Origin: Rhodosorus marinus CCMP1338
Lineage: Eukaryota > Plantae > Rhodophyta
Direction of reading: 5' to 3'
Assembly: GCA_029953675.1 (NCBI GenBank)
Contig: JAMWBK010000006.1
Location: 186,001-250,000, forward strand
Length of the DNA: 64,000 nt
Position 1 is the stretch's first letter, and every line of letters starts with the position of its first letter. The notes under the pieces were generated by a model. It did not search any database, was not told where the DNA came from, and saw only the letters and a list, made by a program, of their open reading frames with translations. The translations under genes were made by a program, and so were the position numbers. Shown one piece after another: positions 45,427 to 58,864 of the stretch.

Positions 45427-47403
45427 ACCTTACCGCTCCCCTCACAAAAAAAAAAACCCAGCCGAAATTCTCACCCAAAAACAATCCCTTGACCAACCCC
45501 ACCCCCTCCCAATCCCGTCCTCTACCTCAACCACTCCGATCTCCTTCCCCACTTAACGCCAACATACATAAACCAATGTCCTTCACCTATCAAATAATTT
45601 TAACCCTTTTCTATGCCATTCACAATTCCCCGCTTCCTCCCCCCTCCGTTTTGCATGCTTCACCCAACTTCTACCTTTAATAGCACTACAAACCACCCTC
45701 TAAAAACTTCATTCCTCAGATTCCTTCCAATCCATCGTCCTTCACATTTTCCTCGAATCATCCAACCCCAAAACCCCCACGTCCGCCCGCGCAGCACCTC
45801 CTCCGTCCCGCCTCCCCGGCCATGGCCACCAACCAAATCGCTTTTTGTCGATAATGTCAAAAAAACAATATTTAAAAAAATTCCAAGGAATTTCCGCACC
45901 TCAACCCCCCCGCGTCCACCTTTCCCAACCAACCCAAAACCGAGTTTCCTTTCAATTACGTTGACCTCGAAAACTTCAAAACTTATTTAAAAAATCCCTA
46001 GCTCTTTCATTTTCTATTAAAATAATAGAAACTGGGGAGAATCAAATTAAAATCTACACTTCGGAAAAAAAAATCAAGAAAAAGTGGATTCAAAATTCGC
46101 CGTTGAATCACATTTCCAGCACAAAAAAAGTATTTACAAAATTTTCTTTCCCGAGCGAATAGTTCTGTTTTTAACGGTCTTCCGTACTGTAATTTTATGG
46201 AAGAATATTTTATTGCCAGCGAACCGACGCACAATATTCTTTTTCTTGTACAGTTTTTCTCCCTTGTATACGATCATGGATATTATTGGAATAAAAACTA
46301 TTCTTCCAGTTTCAATTTTTGAACAAGATTATCAAGATTGGTATTCAGGTGTTTTTTTTTTATATGCAAGATACTTTTCGATCAAAGTTGACTGATTATG
46401 GAGAATTATTCCCCTGTTCGATATTTGTATTGAAATTATTATGTTATCGCTCGTTTGGGAGCTTCAGGGTGATATTCAATTAAGATGAAGTAGGGAATGC
46501 TTGGGGGCGGGGTTGATGGTGGACGGGCGATTCAGCGAACCGAGGGGTTGGGGCAGTGATTCCTTGTTCTGTATTAAAATGTGATTATTCTGCCAAACAT
46601 TTATTGCCTCGCTGAACTTGGCAAGGAGCCAACCACGATAGATTAACTCGGACCATTGGACAAGAAATGCTTGGCCAAATCTTCCTCCGCAAGCGAATGA
46701 CACCGCTGGCGGTTTGGTTGCGGGTGGCGGTAGAGGTTTTCTGCCCTCTTCTAAAAATTCCTGGAATCTGGACTGATGGTGTATTCAGACTAACGAGACA
46801 GCGCTATACTGCTGAGTTGGCTTGCTCACTAGCTACCATTTGCATGCTTCAAGAGCCGGATGCCCTGTCCTGAACATGGGTTTGGTTAAGCTGCCAAGTC
46901 ATCCTATGACAAGCGAAGCCTCTCCCGGTTGTTGCGTACTTCGCACTCGTAAGCATGTTGCAAACGTCTCCCCAGTATCATTTAATGACAGAAGTTCAGG
47001 CAAAACTTCTAATTAAACGAAAAACTCAAAAAGTGAAACTATTATTCCCATCCCAAAAAACTACTATCATGTGGAAAAATACCGTTCTTGTATTGAACAC
47101 TAGTAGTGATACTTTGCACAGAAAACTCAACCCAACCCCAAAATAATATACACAGCTTCTCCCTAAACAAATACCCACTGGGAAGCTTCATCAAAAAAAG
47201 CCATATCTCACTATTCTCACCAACAGTTTGCCCGAGGCAACAACGGCAACAACGGCGACAACAGACTGCTTTCCCCCGTGCAAACACGGAAAGAAATCAG
47301 GAGCGCAAAACAACTAGCCTCGGATATGGGCACCAACTCAACCCCAATTGAAATAGAATACTTAGATATCAGTCCCAGCCCACACACAAACTGCTGAAAT
47401 ACT

Positions 47404-47997
47404 TTACACAAGGCACGTCTCCTGTGCCACCAGCGACAACAGGCTTACTCCGCAGTCCGCGGGCACGGAACGAACCTCCTCCGAAGTCTTCTTTTCTTCA
47501 CTCTCCGCTGGTCCGCCGACCTCATTCTTTGGCACATTCTCGTTTGTATCATTCAACCGTTTGGCCTCCTTCATTAAGCGCATGAAGTACTTCTGTGCAT
47601 GTGTGCGAACCTGGGTCATGTTCCTAGTCCCCACATACTGAGCAATGTTCTTCAAGTCCTTATGACCATATACTCGAAGTGCCTCGAGGAATAGCTTGTG
47701 CTCTTGCGAGGTCCAGTAGCGGGACTGCCCGGGTTCCGCGGCCGCGGACCTGTCCTTTCGCTTCCTCGTCCTCTTTGCAGGTTCCTCGCTTTCCCTCTGC
47801 GATGATAAGCTCGTGTTCAACTGGCTCCCAACCGCAGCGGTGGACTCACTGTTCGACCCCTCCTGCGCGGGCTCAGAAGTGATCCCACTCATCTTTTGTC
47901 TCAAACCTACTATCTCTTCTCTCGCTAGCTCTAAATCCGCCTCCAACAGCGCATTACGCTCTCTTAGAACTCCTATTTCCACCTTGAGCTCCTCCAT
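47404..47997 (-). CDS. Single-repeat MYB (SHAQKYF class) transcription factor with N-terminal coiled coil
   Basis: RYWTSQEHKLFLEALRVYGHKDLKNIAQYVGTRNMTQVRTHAQKYF. Confidence 0.92.
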   Translation of the reverse strand: MEELKVEIGVLRERNALLEADLELAREEIVGLRQKMSGITSEPAQEGSNSESTAAVGSQLNTSLSSQRESEEPAKRTRKRKDRSAAAEPGQSRYWTSQEHKLFLEALRVYGHKDLKNIAQYVGTRNMTQVRTHAQKYFMRLMKEAKRLNDTNENVPKNEVGGPAESEEKKTSEEVRSVPADCGVSLLSLVAQETCLV

Positions 47998-50900
47998 CTC
48001 TCAAATCTCACATGTTCATCCTCATCGCACACGCTCTAAGCCCACCTCTTCACCCGACCCCCTTCACGCCTTCCCCCCTCGCCCCAACTGAAAACCCTTG
48101 AATATATAAATGTATGTGCTCTACCAATCACCAGCTGGAAAACCCCCCCAAATCCCATTCATTAGAAAACTTAGCCGTACATGCTAAATTGTCCAAAGAA
48201 GGTCAACCCCTGCTAACACACACCTGCTGTCCAGTTCATTCTTACCCACCCCTCTGTATAGGTTCTGCCCGACAAGCGGGGTCGAACTCCTTCCCCCTTC
48301 AACAGAACTCTGTTCGCGAATACTCAGTATTTAGAAATATAATTTGTACGTATTAGTCGAACCTCAGTCCTATAGCCCCTTATGAAATACACTCAAATTG
48401 ATTTCCTTCTAGTTCAACCGTAGGGGTTGGGTTGGATATTTTGCAATTCCAGTGCGGATATTCGTATTCTAAGGGACCCATGAATGAACCAAAGCATGTG
48501 CTGAAAAATCCGGGGTGGGCGAGTATTCCTTTTTTTTTTGCCACCCTCTCCAGCATGGTATGCAGAAATTATCCATATCCAGACTCGGTGTGGGGTTGAA
48601 TAGACTTTTTTCATGATCGATAAGGCTACAAAATCCACCTTCAAAAGCCCTGAATCATATTCTCTACCCCCCCTTTCTCACACACGTGTCTAACTGATTT
48701 CCAACATCTTACCACAAAAGGTGGCATTCCCACCCCAGCTGAAATTCTGATGTGTGTATGGATGTTGGTGGACTCGAAAAGTGAGTAAAATGTTCATGAA
48801 ACACAAGAAAACGCTCGTTGCAATCCTGACATGGTCGCATAGCGAGGAAGATATATTATTTATATATATTCGATTCCGGGAATTTATCCGCAGTGGCGTC
48901 CCTTTGTTGGACAGAGGTCTTGTTCCTCTTTCTTCTTTTTTGGGCACCTGGCCCACCTTTTTTTTTTTTGGACCCATTAAGAACCCGGAAACCGCCGGTC
49001 ATCTAATTTATTTCAATATTTTATAATTCTACAAATTTTGCTTACTCTGAGTTGGATATCCACCCCTCTAGTCAGAACACCACAACGTTGAAATTGATTT
49101 TTTGAAGTCTGAAGATTGAGGAGTAGAATCTTTTCTTTGGTCCTCAATAGGGGCTTCCAAGGTACGATTCTCCAGTGTAATGCAACAACACTTGGTGTAC
49201 TTTTTTTTGCTGGGGGGGAGGGGGTGGGGGGGGGGGGGTGAAGCACGATGCAAAACGTACCGGAGTTCTTATTGGTAGGGGGTTATGAAATTGATTAGCC
49301 TTTTATCCCGCCTAAAGTGCTGAATGATGTAATTTGGATAGTTTTGGGGCTACAAAAAAAAAAAGACTGAATGGAAGCGTCGGGTCAAAACCGTTCCTAA
49401 TCAGGTTCCCTGAGATGTTATTCAGCCAATACATCCGCCACACAATAGTTTTTTCGAAGGGTATATACTAGTTGATTGAAGATTGAGTGAAGGGAGTGCC
49501 AGGGTTCTCCTTTTGGATTGGATTTGACCTCAATGCGGTGCTTCCTTGCTGAGTACGATTGGATTGTGGAAACATCTTCCCTTCCTCCCCCCCTATCGTA
49601 AAAACCGGAGCACACGATTTCTGAACTTCCTCCGCCTACGGGTTTTTTTCCTCCCTAACGGAAGGAAAAAAAAAAAAAAAAAAAAGGTGGAGACGATTAG
49701 CTTAGTGGCTAGAGGCTGACCATGTCCGGCGAGTGAGCTGGAAAAAGGGGTCCCTACGAGCACATGCGCAATTGGCGGCAGTTTCTTGTTCAAAATCGTT
49801 CAAACAGGACTATTTCGTAAGCTTACATGTCGGGTCTCGTGAATCAGACGTTCTTCGAACGAAAAGAGTGACCTGCAGAGGGGCTAGCGAGCGGTGAGGC
49901 GTCCGGATGAAATGGTTTGCAAAAGATCTTTGCAGGTGGACGATGTGGAGACTACAGCTAGCCCGAGCTCAGGATTCAACATCGTCCCCCCGAAGATGGA
50001 CTCTTGAGTAAGGACCTCCTGGAAGTTCGAAAATTGTGCATATGGTAGAAGCCACCAAAACATAGGCCTCCTGGTTTTGAGTTCTTGCCGGTGAGGATGA
50101 CGTCGATCCATACGATTTTCCTCGCCCTTTTGTTGGAAGACGCTAAGTGCCTGCACCGGGTGGAGGCGGTTTCCAAAAACCGTGCTACTGGAGCGTGCAA
50201 TTTCTCCTTCCCGACGGCCCCCCTCTCTTTCGCCAAGAAGCTCAAAAGTGCTCCCTCGTATCTTCCAGCCATTTGTGTCCCTCTACCAGACGGGACAGTG
50301 AAAATTCATTCCAAATTAGGATTTCTATTGAATTCTCTCGCTCGGTAGATCCGCCACCACATGAAAAACAGGGTCAACTTTTCTTCCGAAAATCGACGCA
50401 TAAACCTGGGGAAATGTGTTCCAAAAATATCCCATATTCATAGTCCCAATCCGCTGGAAGGAACTTTCCGTTCAATCTCCAACGTTCTTTGCGCTATGTC
50501 TGTGTTCCAGAATATACACGTATTTACTAGATGCTTTCTAGAATATTACCTTTTGTTTCTTAGATTGAGATTATCCAAAAAAGAATTTGATTATGATAAA
50601 ATTGTCACAAAATAGCGACAGAGTGACTTAGAAATCTCTATGCATGATCGTATTTTCGGTTGCGGAGCACTTTGGTCATACATTCGAACCATGGATGTCG
50701 GATCGCAATCGGTTGGTATTTACTCTAGCGCTTTGTGAGGGCGGGGTAACTTCTGTCTGCGTGCGCCGCAGACATCACCATTATAACCATACTGATTGGA
50801 GTGTATGCAAGTTAATCATGTCCGTGGAGGGATGCTCTCGTAATGATGTTGATCGATCCGAATCGCGTTAAGCGAGCTATGAATCACGTTTCCGTCGCAG

Positions 50901-51571
50901 GACCAGAGTGGAATTTCATCTAGCCCGTCATAAAACGAAAAGCCATAAAAACGAATGCAAAAAAGTCCTATTGCTTATGAATCGAGTGGACTCCGGTGAT
51001 TGTTGCGACTGGTGCCGAAATGCAGATCGCGAAAAAAAAAACTAAGGGGTGAATACAGAAGTGTTGAATCTGTTAACAATTAGAAGGGATAGCAGACCAT
51101 CGTCTGAGTGTGAGGAGGGGTGGAGGCATGTCCAACTTTAGCGTTGGTGGTGGTGAACAGGTGGACCTCGATATCAACATGTCGAAATATGTTTGATCCG
51201 GCCCCTCACAAATATCAATATTTGGCACACCCTCTTTGGGTTCTGGTTTGCTTTGGCAGAGGTTCGCGCGGCCCATACTTGCCGTCCGTCGAATGTAGCG
51301 TAGCAGCGCAATGGACCACCGGGCGATACTCTTGTACTATCAAGCGGAAAGTTGTCCAATATGGTAGGCACATCCGTTCAACATATTGCCAAGGACACCA
51401 ACGTACGATACCAGAGCGCCTCTGAAGTCAAGCGAAAGTCAAATGGCTTGAAGTCAGCTGCGCAACCGGGCGACCTAGGTTAAGAGCACGCCACCATCCA
51501 CCGGTTTCCTTTGGGGTCAGGTCAGGACAAGCCAAGCAAGGATACATGCTCTTGGAAGGGAGTTGTCAGTT

Positions 51572-53140
51572 TTAGTTTTCAGGTCTGTGCGATGGCGAGG
51601 AAAGCCGAAGCGCACGATATTCCCTGAGTCGTCCACTTGCTACTGGTGAGGAGCCTGATGAAGATATCAGCGACTTCTTTGGGGGCTTGTCCGACGGACG
51701 ACGCAGGAAATTCGGATGGCTTCTAGCCCTAGAAATACAGGAGCCAAATCCTTGCAGGACTTCAAGATGTCTATCTATGAGCTTCGATGCGTACCTGCTA
51801 GTCAAGACAACAATGAAGACGAACTTAAGGCTCCCGCGGAACACGGAACTTCAAGCCTGGGGGTTGTTCAGTTTAACGCACCTCACGATAAAGTCTTCTG
51901 TTGTAGGTTGGAGCTTCCCTTCGGCGCTGGAGGAATGTTCAAGGGCTGTTAGATCAAGCTGTGATTCGATTCTTTGCTCACGGACCAGTCCAGCTGCGTA
52001 AGCTTCATCAGCAACCTTCTCCAAAACCGACTTGCTCTTTCCCGTTCCCGAGGAGTAAACTAGCAGCCCGGTCTCGTACAGGCTCATACCGATGTCTACC
52101 GCGCTCTTGAGCAGGTGCGTTGTGATGCGCAACGTCCTCAAAGAGCCGGAGTGGATTTTGTCCGCGAGCTCCTCCTCCAACATGGCAAGATCATGAGAAA
52201 AGTCTACGCTCTGGATATAGCTGTTTGCGTGTGGCAAGAAAGCGTGTCAGACAGAAAAAAAAAAACAGACCGGGAATCGTGCAGCATTTCTTGCCCTTAC
52301 CTCTTAACTGATGGGTGTACGGGTTCCCTGACCTGAGGCCACTGCATCCATGCCGGCCACGGCGGAGTAACGACGCGGTCTGGTAGTATGTAGCCATGGT
52401 CGATGGGTATCAACTTCCGCACCTTCGCGTCCATCGTCTCCTGAACGAGAAGGTTGCCACCGTGTCGATCGCAATTCAACACGCGAAGATCAAAAGTCGC
52501 AATCCGTTGCACGTTCTCTTTCGAAAATATCCCAGGGCCATAATCGTCCGCATCCCCAACATTGTCTTGGTAGACTTGGAACGCACCCATGCCAGACGAA
52601 ACACCGAAACATGTAGGAATTGGGTATACGCATTTGACAATTGCAGTCTGCGGCACTCCGGCATTGTTGTTGTGATCTAGTAAATACGCAGCTGCCTCTT
52701 TGTACGCACATTCTCCAAGAAGAAAGGCTTCCGCGTAACCTTTAAACGGTTCGCTAGAGAGCGGGCGACCCGATTGTCCCCACTCTTCATCGACTGGTTT
52801 GAAGACAGCTATTCTGTTGCAACCAGAGTCTGAGATGAAGTAGGTCCCGCACACCGACTCTCTATCCGGCATGACCGCAACTGCCTTCCCAAGCCTCAAC
52901 CATGCGTCGGCGTAGTCTGCTGCCGTTGTAACTCCAGAATAGTCCCTCTCAAAACTTATCGGACACGGCTGAAAGTCGGCGCAGACCGGGGAGAAAGAAA
53001 CTTAGCACTTCTATTTTCGAAACTAGTCAACCGCCAAGAGCATCACCTCCTACCTTTTCGTCCTTCATATGAACCGCTTTCCATTGCCGTGCAGACCGCG
53101 ACACTAGCTTTAATGCTTTTCTCTCCTTCTGCTCCGGCAT
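51572..53140 (-). CDS. Type II phosphatidylinositol 4-kinase gamma-like, 4 exons
   Basis: GTYFI, AVFKPVDEE, ECAYKEAAAYLLDH, FDLRVLNCDRHGGNLL, LIPIDHGYILP, WMQWPQ, SLRTLRITTHLLK; spliced FIVR|YASKLIDRH. First exon MPEQKERK... is less certain. Confidence 0.88.
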
Positions 53141-55391
53141 GGTAGGAAGCGCTTTTGTGCAGATCAAAACCACGTCTCCTAAAAGTCAGGAACTGAGCAG
53201 AAACTAGGGAAACTGAAACGGGAAGCTAGAAGAATGTGTCGGGCTTGCCCTTCCTCATTCACAAGAGAAATGATATTAAAAAAGAAAACCTATGATACAA
53301 TTCTGCACCTCCCCCACAAAACAAAAAAGGCCCCCACAACCAAACTCGAAACCAACCGAACTGACTCCAACCAAGCACCTGTCCCTTTCCCAGGACATCA
53401 TCAGTACTCTAGAATAATGAACCTTTCATTGTTTCAGGACATGTCCTACAGAAATACCCCCAAAAAGTTCCACCACGGAACCTAGCTCATCGACCCCGGT
53501 ATCTCAATCCAGTGATCCTCTCAACCGTTATCCACCCAACAAAAATGCACATTACTTCCACGTTCCTCATTCGATCTGATTCACCTCATCCTGTATTCCT
53601 CTCTATCCCATTCCATCTGATTCCCTCCAGATCTTCCTCCTAAACCAGATAGTCCCATCCCCCCATATACCCCATCTTATCAACACAACCCACCCAAAAC
53701 ATGAACCTTAAAACAACCTCCCGCAAGAACTCAAAATCCCCAACTACAGGTTTTGCTATTCCCAACAATTCCTCTGCCAAATCACAAAATGAAGATCAAA
53801 AACTTTTTAAGCTGTAAAAATTTGCGGTTGGACTCAAATCATGTTTACAATAACTTATTTCAAAGGATCTCGATTCCACCATTGGGGTTCTTGTTTCCCA
53901 GAAAATCTGGGATTGCGAATTTGGCTGTTGCAAAAAAAATTTCGTGTTATTTTGAAGTATCGTGATCACTATTGGCGTCCTTTGGGTGAGGTTGATGAGT
54001 GATGATTGGATACTTTTGCTGATTTAGATCGCAATCTTGATACCGTATGGCTATAAATTGGTTTTATTGGACAAGAGAAAATTTAGATTGCAATCTTGAT
54101 CTTACTTCCGTCCAATGAATTTATCTGGTTCAGTTCAACAAAGGAAAAAAAAAGGGATGAGAAAAAGGCCTCCTGAGATACATTGAAGAGCTCTTTTTTC
54201 CTGTCCTTCCTGTTTTCCTTTTTCGTTGCACGGATTTTTAGGGGGATGGAAGCAACATCCGAGGTGTCGTTGTTGGTGTGTGGGGGGGGAGAGGTTAGTG
54301 GTAGCGTAGTCCTCTGCTGTGACTAGAAACTGTGATTTTTGGAGCCCACGAACGGGTTTTTCGACACCAATCTGCGATGACAGGAGTGGAGATGACTTCT
54401 TTTTTCGGATGAATCACTGTTTGACCAACTAATCCCACTTGACCAGAGCACCAGCTCTTGCGACTAGAACACAAGAGCTGGTATTCGAGCCGTTTAACCC
54501 CTGTATCTGGTAGTGAATCATCACGTTTTCAATGTGGGGGTGCTTATGGTTTCCGCCAGCTTAGCTCATGTTCTCGCGGGAAATTCGTCCAGGAGCAGCT
54601 CAAATCGGACGCAACTTCATAAAAAAGACAGATTTGAGTGCTCTTCCACTTACTAAAATAACCACAAGGTCAGAGCCGCAACCCACCCCGCCGTTGCAGT
54701 GGGCCCAACCCGTGCAAACGGCACCTCTCTCTCCCGCATTCCCTTCCATATTCTTAGTACGCAGTAGTGGTTTGAACGTAAGGATCCAATCCTAAAATAC
54801 GATATCGATCACCTCCTCAACAAGCAAATCATCATTTTTTTAGTTCAAAAACGAGCTTTTCAATCCCATTATCTGAGCAGCATGCCCCCCACCAGCAAAC
54901 CAATAATCATATAAATTTAAAACATTCCATAAATTTAGAAGACTTTCATAATAAAAAACAATAGCAATCATAAAATAGAATTGGATTCAATTGAAATGAT
55001 TTGTTTTTGGGATCATTATGAAAAATCGACGGTTTTCGAATGCTGGGGGCCCCCTCTTCAGCTGCGCTAAAACGCTTGGGATTGTGGTCAATCACACTGC
55101 TGATCGGTGCCTTTGTGCTTCTATTTGGTACGGTTGATTTGGTTTGGGGGGCACCCGTTGGGAGGGAGGTAGTTGTGGGGAGAGGAGGTTAAGGCGTTGC
55201 TATTTTGCAAGTGGAATATTGTGGGAGGGTTTAGGATTGTTGTTTTGGTACGTGGGTGTTTGCTTGTTTGTGGGAGATTGGATTGAGGAGTGGGAGTGCT
55301 TTTTTTTTGTTGAAGGAAAGTCGTAAGACCGGGTTGGGAGCTGGGAACTTTTTTTTTTGCTAGACTTTTTGTGTTTAGAAAGCGGGGGAAG

Positions 55392-55667
55392 ATGCCTTTG
55401 AAGACTCGTTTATTTAGCTATACTACCCAGCGGCACCCAAAGTTTCAGCCTAAGGCTCCTTTGACGGGATTGGTGGAATACACGCATTCGCCGTACGAGC
55501 TCAAGCTCTTTGGGGACTGGCAGGATTGGTCGGTCATTAAGCACAGGCTTCGCTACAATCTGTATGGACCGGTTAGGTTCCTTCTTCCCAGCGGTCTTTT
55601 TATTTACGGACTTTTCAAGTGGGCAGACGGGAAGCATGAACAGCTAGCAAAGGAGCATCGCTATTAG
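55392..55667 (+). CDS. QCR8: Cytochrome bc1 complex subunit 8
   Basis: GLVEYTHSPYELKLF..., one TM segment (FLLPSGLFIYGLFKWAD) and C-terminal HEQLAKEHRY, matching the UcrQ/QCR8 pattern. Confidence 0.8.
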   Translation: MPLKTRLFSYTTQRHPKFQPKAPLTGLVEYTHSPYELKLFGDWQDWSVIKHRLRYNLYGPVRFLLPSGLFIYGLFKWADGKHEQLAKEHRY

Positions 55668-55814
55668 GGCCTACCGCGGTTGCAAGCGTGATCCAGCCCC
55701 TGATGAGTAATGGTGGGACCCCAGCGGAAGGAAGCACTTTCAATTTGTTCCTCCCCTTGCTCTTTTAACCTTCTACTACATAGCTTGTGGTGAATTGTAC
55801 CAATGAGACAGCTC

Positions 55815-55984
55815 CTTTGTTAAAGTCAAGTAAAAAGACTCATTCCCAGGACGAGAGGCGACGACTTCAGAAGAGGGATACGGACGCACGGCAGCCTCTT
55901 TGTTAAAGTCAAGTAACAATACTCGTTCCCAAGACGAGTGGAGGCGACTTCAAGAGAGGGATACGGACGCATGGCAGCCTCTTT
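55815..55984. repeat. 83-bp tandem duplication, 2 copies
   Basis: ctttgttaaagtcaagtaa...gagggatacggacgca(c/t)ggcagcct starts at 55815 and 55898. Confidence 0.9.
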
Positions 55985-56561
55985 CGGGACCGCTACTTCA
56001 GGTTTTTGACGACGCCTGCTATTGGACAAAACCAATGCTTTCGGCTGGTTTCGTTTACCTCTCGTCGAATTCCTCGAGATGGGATGAAATAACGACAAAA
56101 ACATCTTTGTTAATGGACTCGATTGGATCAGTGCACGACAGGATCCGGAGTTAAGCCGACGTCCAAATTGATTGCGAAGGGAAGTAGCTTAGCTGTGAAG
56201 ATCAACGGATTATTTACAAGAAAGAAATAATCATTATTTTAGATACTAAGCGCACGATCAAAGGGATTGAGCGGACGCGAACGTTTTCGGGCAAATTTCA
56301 TTTCATTCAAAGCGGCTTCATGACAACATCCAAGAGTTCTAACCAAAGCAGCTCTGCGTCGAAGGATTTCGCTCATAAGCTGATTGGAGAGCGTACTATA
56401 AATTCAGTCAGTGAGCTCATGAGAATCGAACCCGCCGTAAAGCGGGTTCGTTGAGATAATGGGTCATGAAAACGGTTTACAACACATACAAAAAAGAAAA
56501 AGAACAGCGAACGCATGAACAACCAGAATAGTGTGTCGCCTACGTAGTGCTTAGCAAGCCC

Positions 56562-57298
56562 TCAGACTGTCTCAATGGACGGGTAGAAGAGCAGGATATG
56601 GGTTCCAGCAAAGATCAGAAGGAACCAGAATGCCCCCCAGAAAGCGGCGGAACCATGAAAAACAAAAACAACAAGAACGAAGGCGACTCCCAGTAACACC
56701 CTTTTCGATGTCTGGTTTATGACCACAGTGTCCGTCACTCTGATATCCTTCCCTCTCGATCCATAAAACCAGGACGCCAGGCACAAGAATCCCACAAGGG
56801 AAAGGACGCCCAAAGGATGAATGAATAATAACAACAGCAAATACAGAGCGCATGCAATTACATCTTAAAGTAATCAAAAGAAAAAAAAGGCGTTAGAACG
56901 TTGCTGCTCTCAAAACACGTAGGGTAGTAATTCTTTCCAACACATAGAACTGAGGTGGGCTACGCACAGTTGGAGAAGAAGACTTCTGAATTGTGGGTAA
57001 TACGTTCATGAATCTCCGATGTCTTGGGCCACTTGAAATTGTTGAAGTCAAAGAACTCCCCCCAGGGTCTCGCGGACTCAAACACCAGCTTCACGCGCTC
57101 GCCAAATGAAGAATCCGTCGACAGATCAAACGGCGCAGTGTACAGGCTAGGAAACCCAGAACTCTCCCTCTCCGGCTCCTCGCTCACAGCAGGATAAGCC
57201 GGGCCAGACTGGTACCCAGTCCCCGAAACCTCCCGCTCCTCCTCCGTAAACGCAGCCGCAGATTTCGTCGTCTCACCAATCGTCTGATACCCAGCCAT
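56562..57298 (-). CDS. PRA1 family (prenylated Rab acceptor) membrane protein, 2 exons
   Basis: SARPWGEFFD, ERITHNSEVFFSN|YVIACALYLLLLLFIHP (RI..N..YF..NY signature after splicing ~56864-56968), further TM segments and a terminal His (GTHILL). Confidence 0.88.
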
Positions 57299-58864
57299 CT
57301 CTTCCTACAAACCCCCTGCCCCCACCCCAGCCAAGATCCACCAACCCAAATTTCAATCACTTCACTCGTCTATAATCAAAACCCTAACCTAATCCAACCC
57401 AACACCAAACAACCCTATTCTTAGAACTACATAAACTGCCTTTTACCCCCTCCCATACATCCTCCTCATCCATCCACACCTCCCACCTCTTCTCCCCGCC
57501 CTAACTTTACCATCGACATAAAAAAAGGCTTATCTACGTCCATGGCCATCTCACCTCTTTAAATCTACTAAAAACAAAAAACTCCTATTCAAAAACAGCG
57601 CACCAATGTTACTTCTCCCAATCATATCCCCTTCAATTTTTCAAAACAAAAAAAGAACATTCCTTTTTCTTATGGCCAAAAATCCGTTATTTTGAGTTGG
57701 CCAATGTGCGTGTAGTATGTTGCCATTCTGTAGATATTTCTCCCGAAATACATTATCCACCAGGCCATCTAAAAAAAACCACAAATAGAAAATATAAGAT
57801 TTCTTCTGCCGCTTTCTATTCTTATTGGTAGATTTACATGTTTCCATTCCTCTTCCCTTGGACCCATCGTCTTTAGTTAAATGTTTCTTCCGCGTTATGT
57901 ATTATTATTGAAAAAAGCATATTCTGGAAACTGATATGTTGATGTGGATATTGACAATGTCGATACTCGTCCGTTGGATTTCTTCGAGTGCGGGATTCCG
58001 CAGTCAATCATTATAAAGATATCATGCGAAGTCAATCAATATGAAATATTTCCTTGTGGGTTTTGGGGTTCAATTCTCATGCAGAGTTGTTGTCGACTTG
58101 GATTTTGGAGGAGAGAATCACTACAGGCAGATAAGCACATTCATTCAGAAGCATTGAGGAGGTGAAGATCGAATTCTTTCTGCGGAAAGCAAAGTTTAGG
58201 TAAGCACATCTCAGCTATGGCCGTTACACATCGGAGTGAGATGGCGCGGATGATTTACTTGTGAATTGCCGAGTTCATGCCCCTTTCTCCCCACCATATG
58301 TAACCAGTCTTGTTTTCATTATCGTTCTACTCAGATCGCCTTCCGAGTATCTTCAAGGCGTGCTGCGCCTAGGATGCAACGTCAACTCACCTCCGCCTGT
58401 GTCTAATCAGTGCTATCGAAACTGGTCAGAGTGCGTGGCATCGTCCTCATTTCGCGTTGAGGAGCTCGTTTACGTAGATCGACAGTCTTCCACTCTTGTC
58501 CAGCCAAACGCAGAGAGAGTTTAGTTGGCAACCTTGACGAGGGGCCTACGACGTTCTTTTCGTCCTGAATAGAGGAGGCCTTGTCACCGCAAGCGCAGTA
58601 CTTATGCAAAAAAAATCACCAGAGCGCGTCCACTCCGAACGAATCGGAGGTTGTCATTTATTGTCAAACCTTGGTAGAGGCCTTCTCTTCGAACGTCATT
58701 GCGCTCCACACGCCATCGATGGTGATACAGCCGTGTCATTGCCGCGTGGCAATATGGCGCTAGTTAATGCAGTTAATTATAGACATAGTCGATCAACAGA
58801 TGTTAAGCACTGATAGATAGGTTCGATGACGCTCGATCCTTTCCAACCCTACGGGCCATTGGTC

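Noticed and set aside
49884-50272. Overlapping minus-strand ORFs as a frameshifted gene
   Set aside because: No recognisable motif or splice support; left uncalled.
57436-57452. TGCCTTTTAC resembling U5 snRNA loop 1
   Set aside because: No flanking stem and no Sm site; it lies in the pyrimidine-rich PRA1 promoter.
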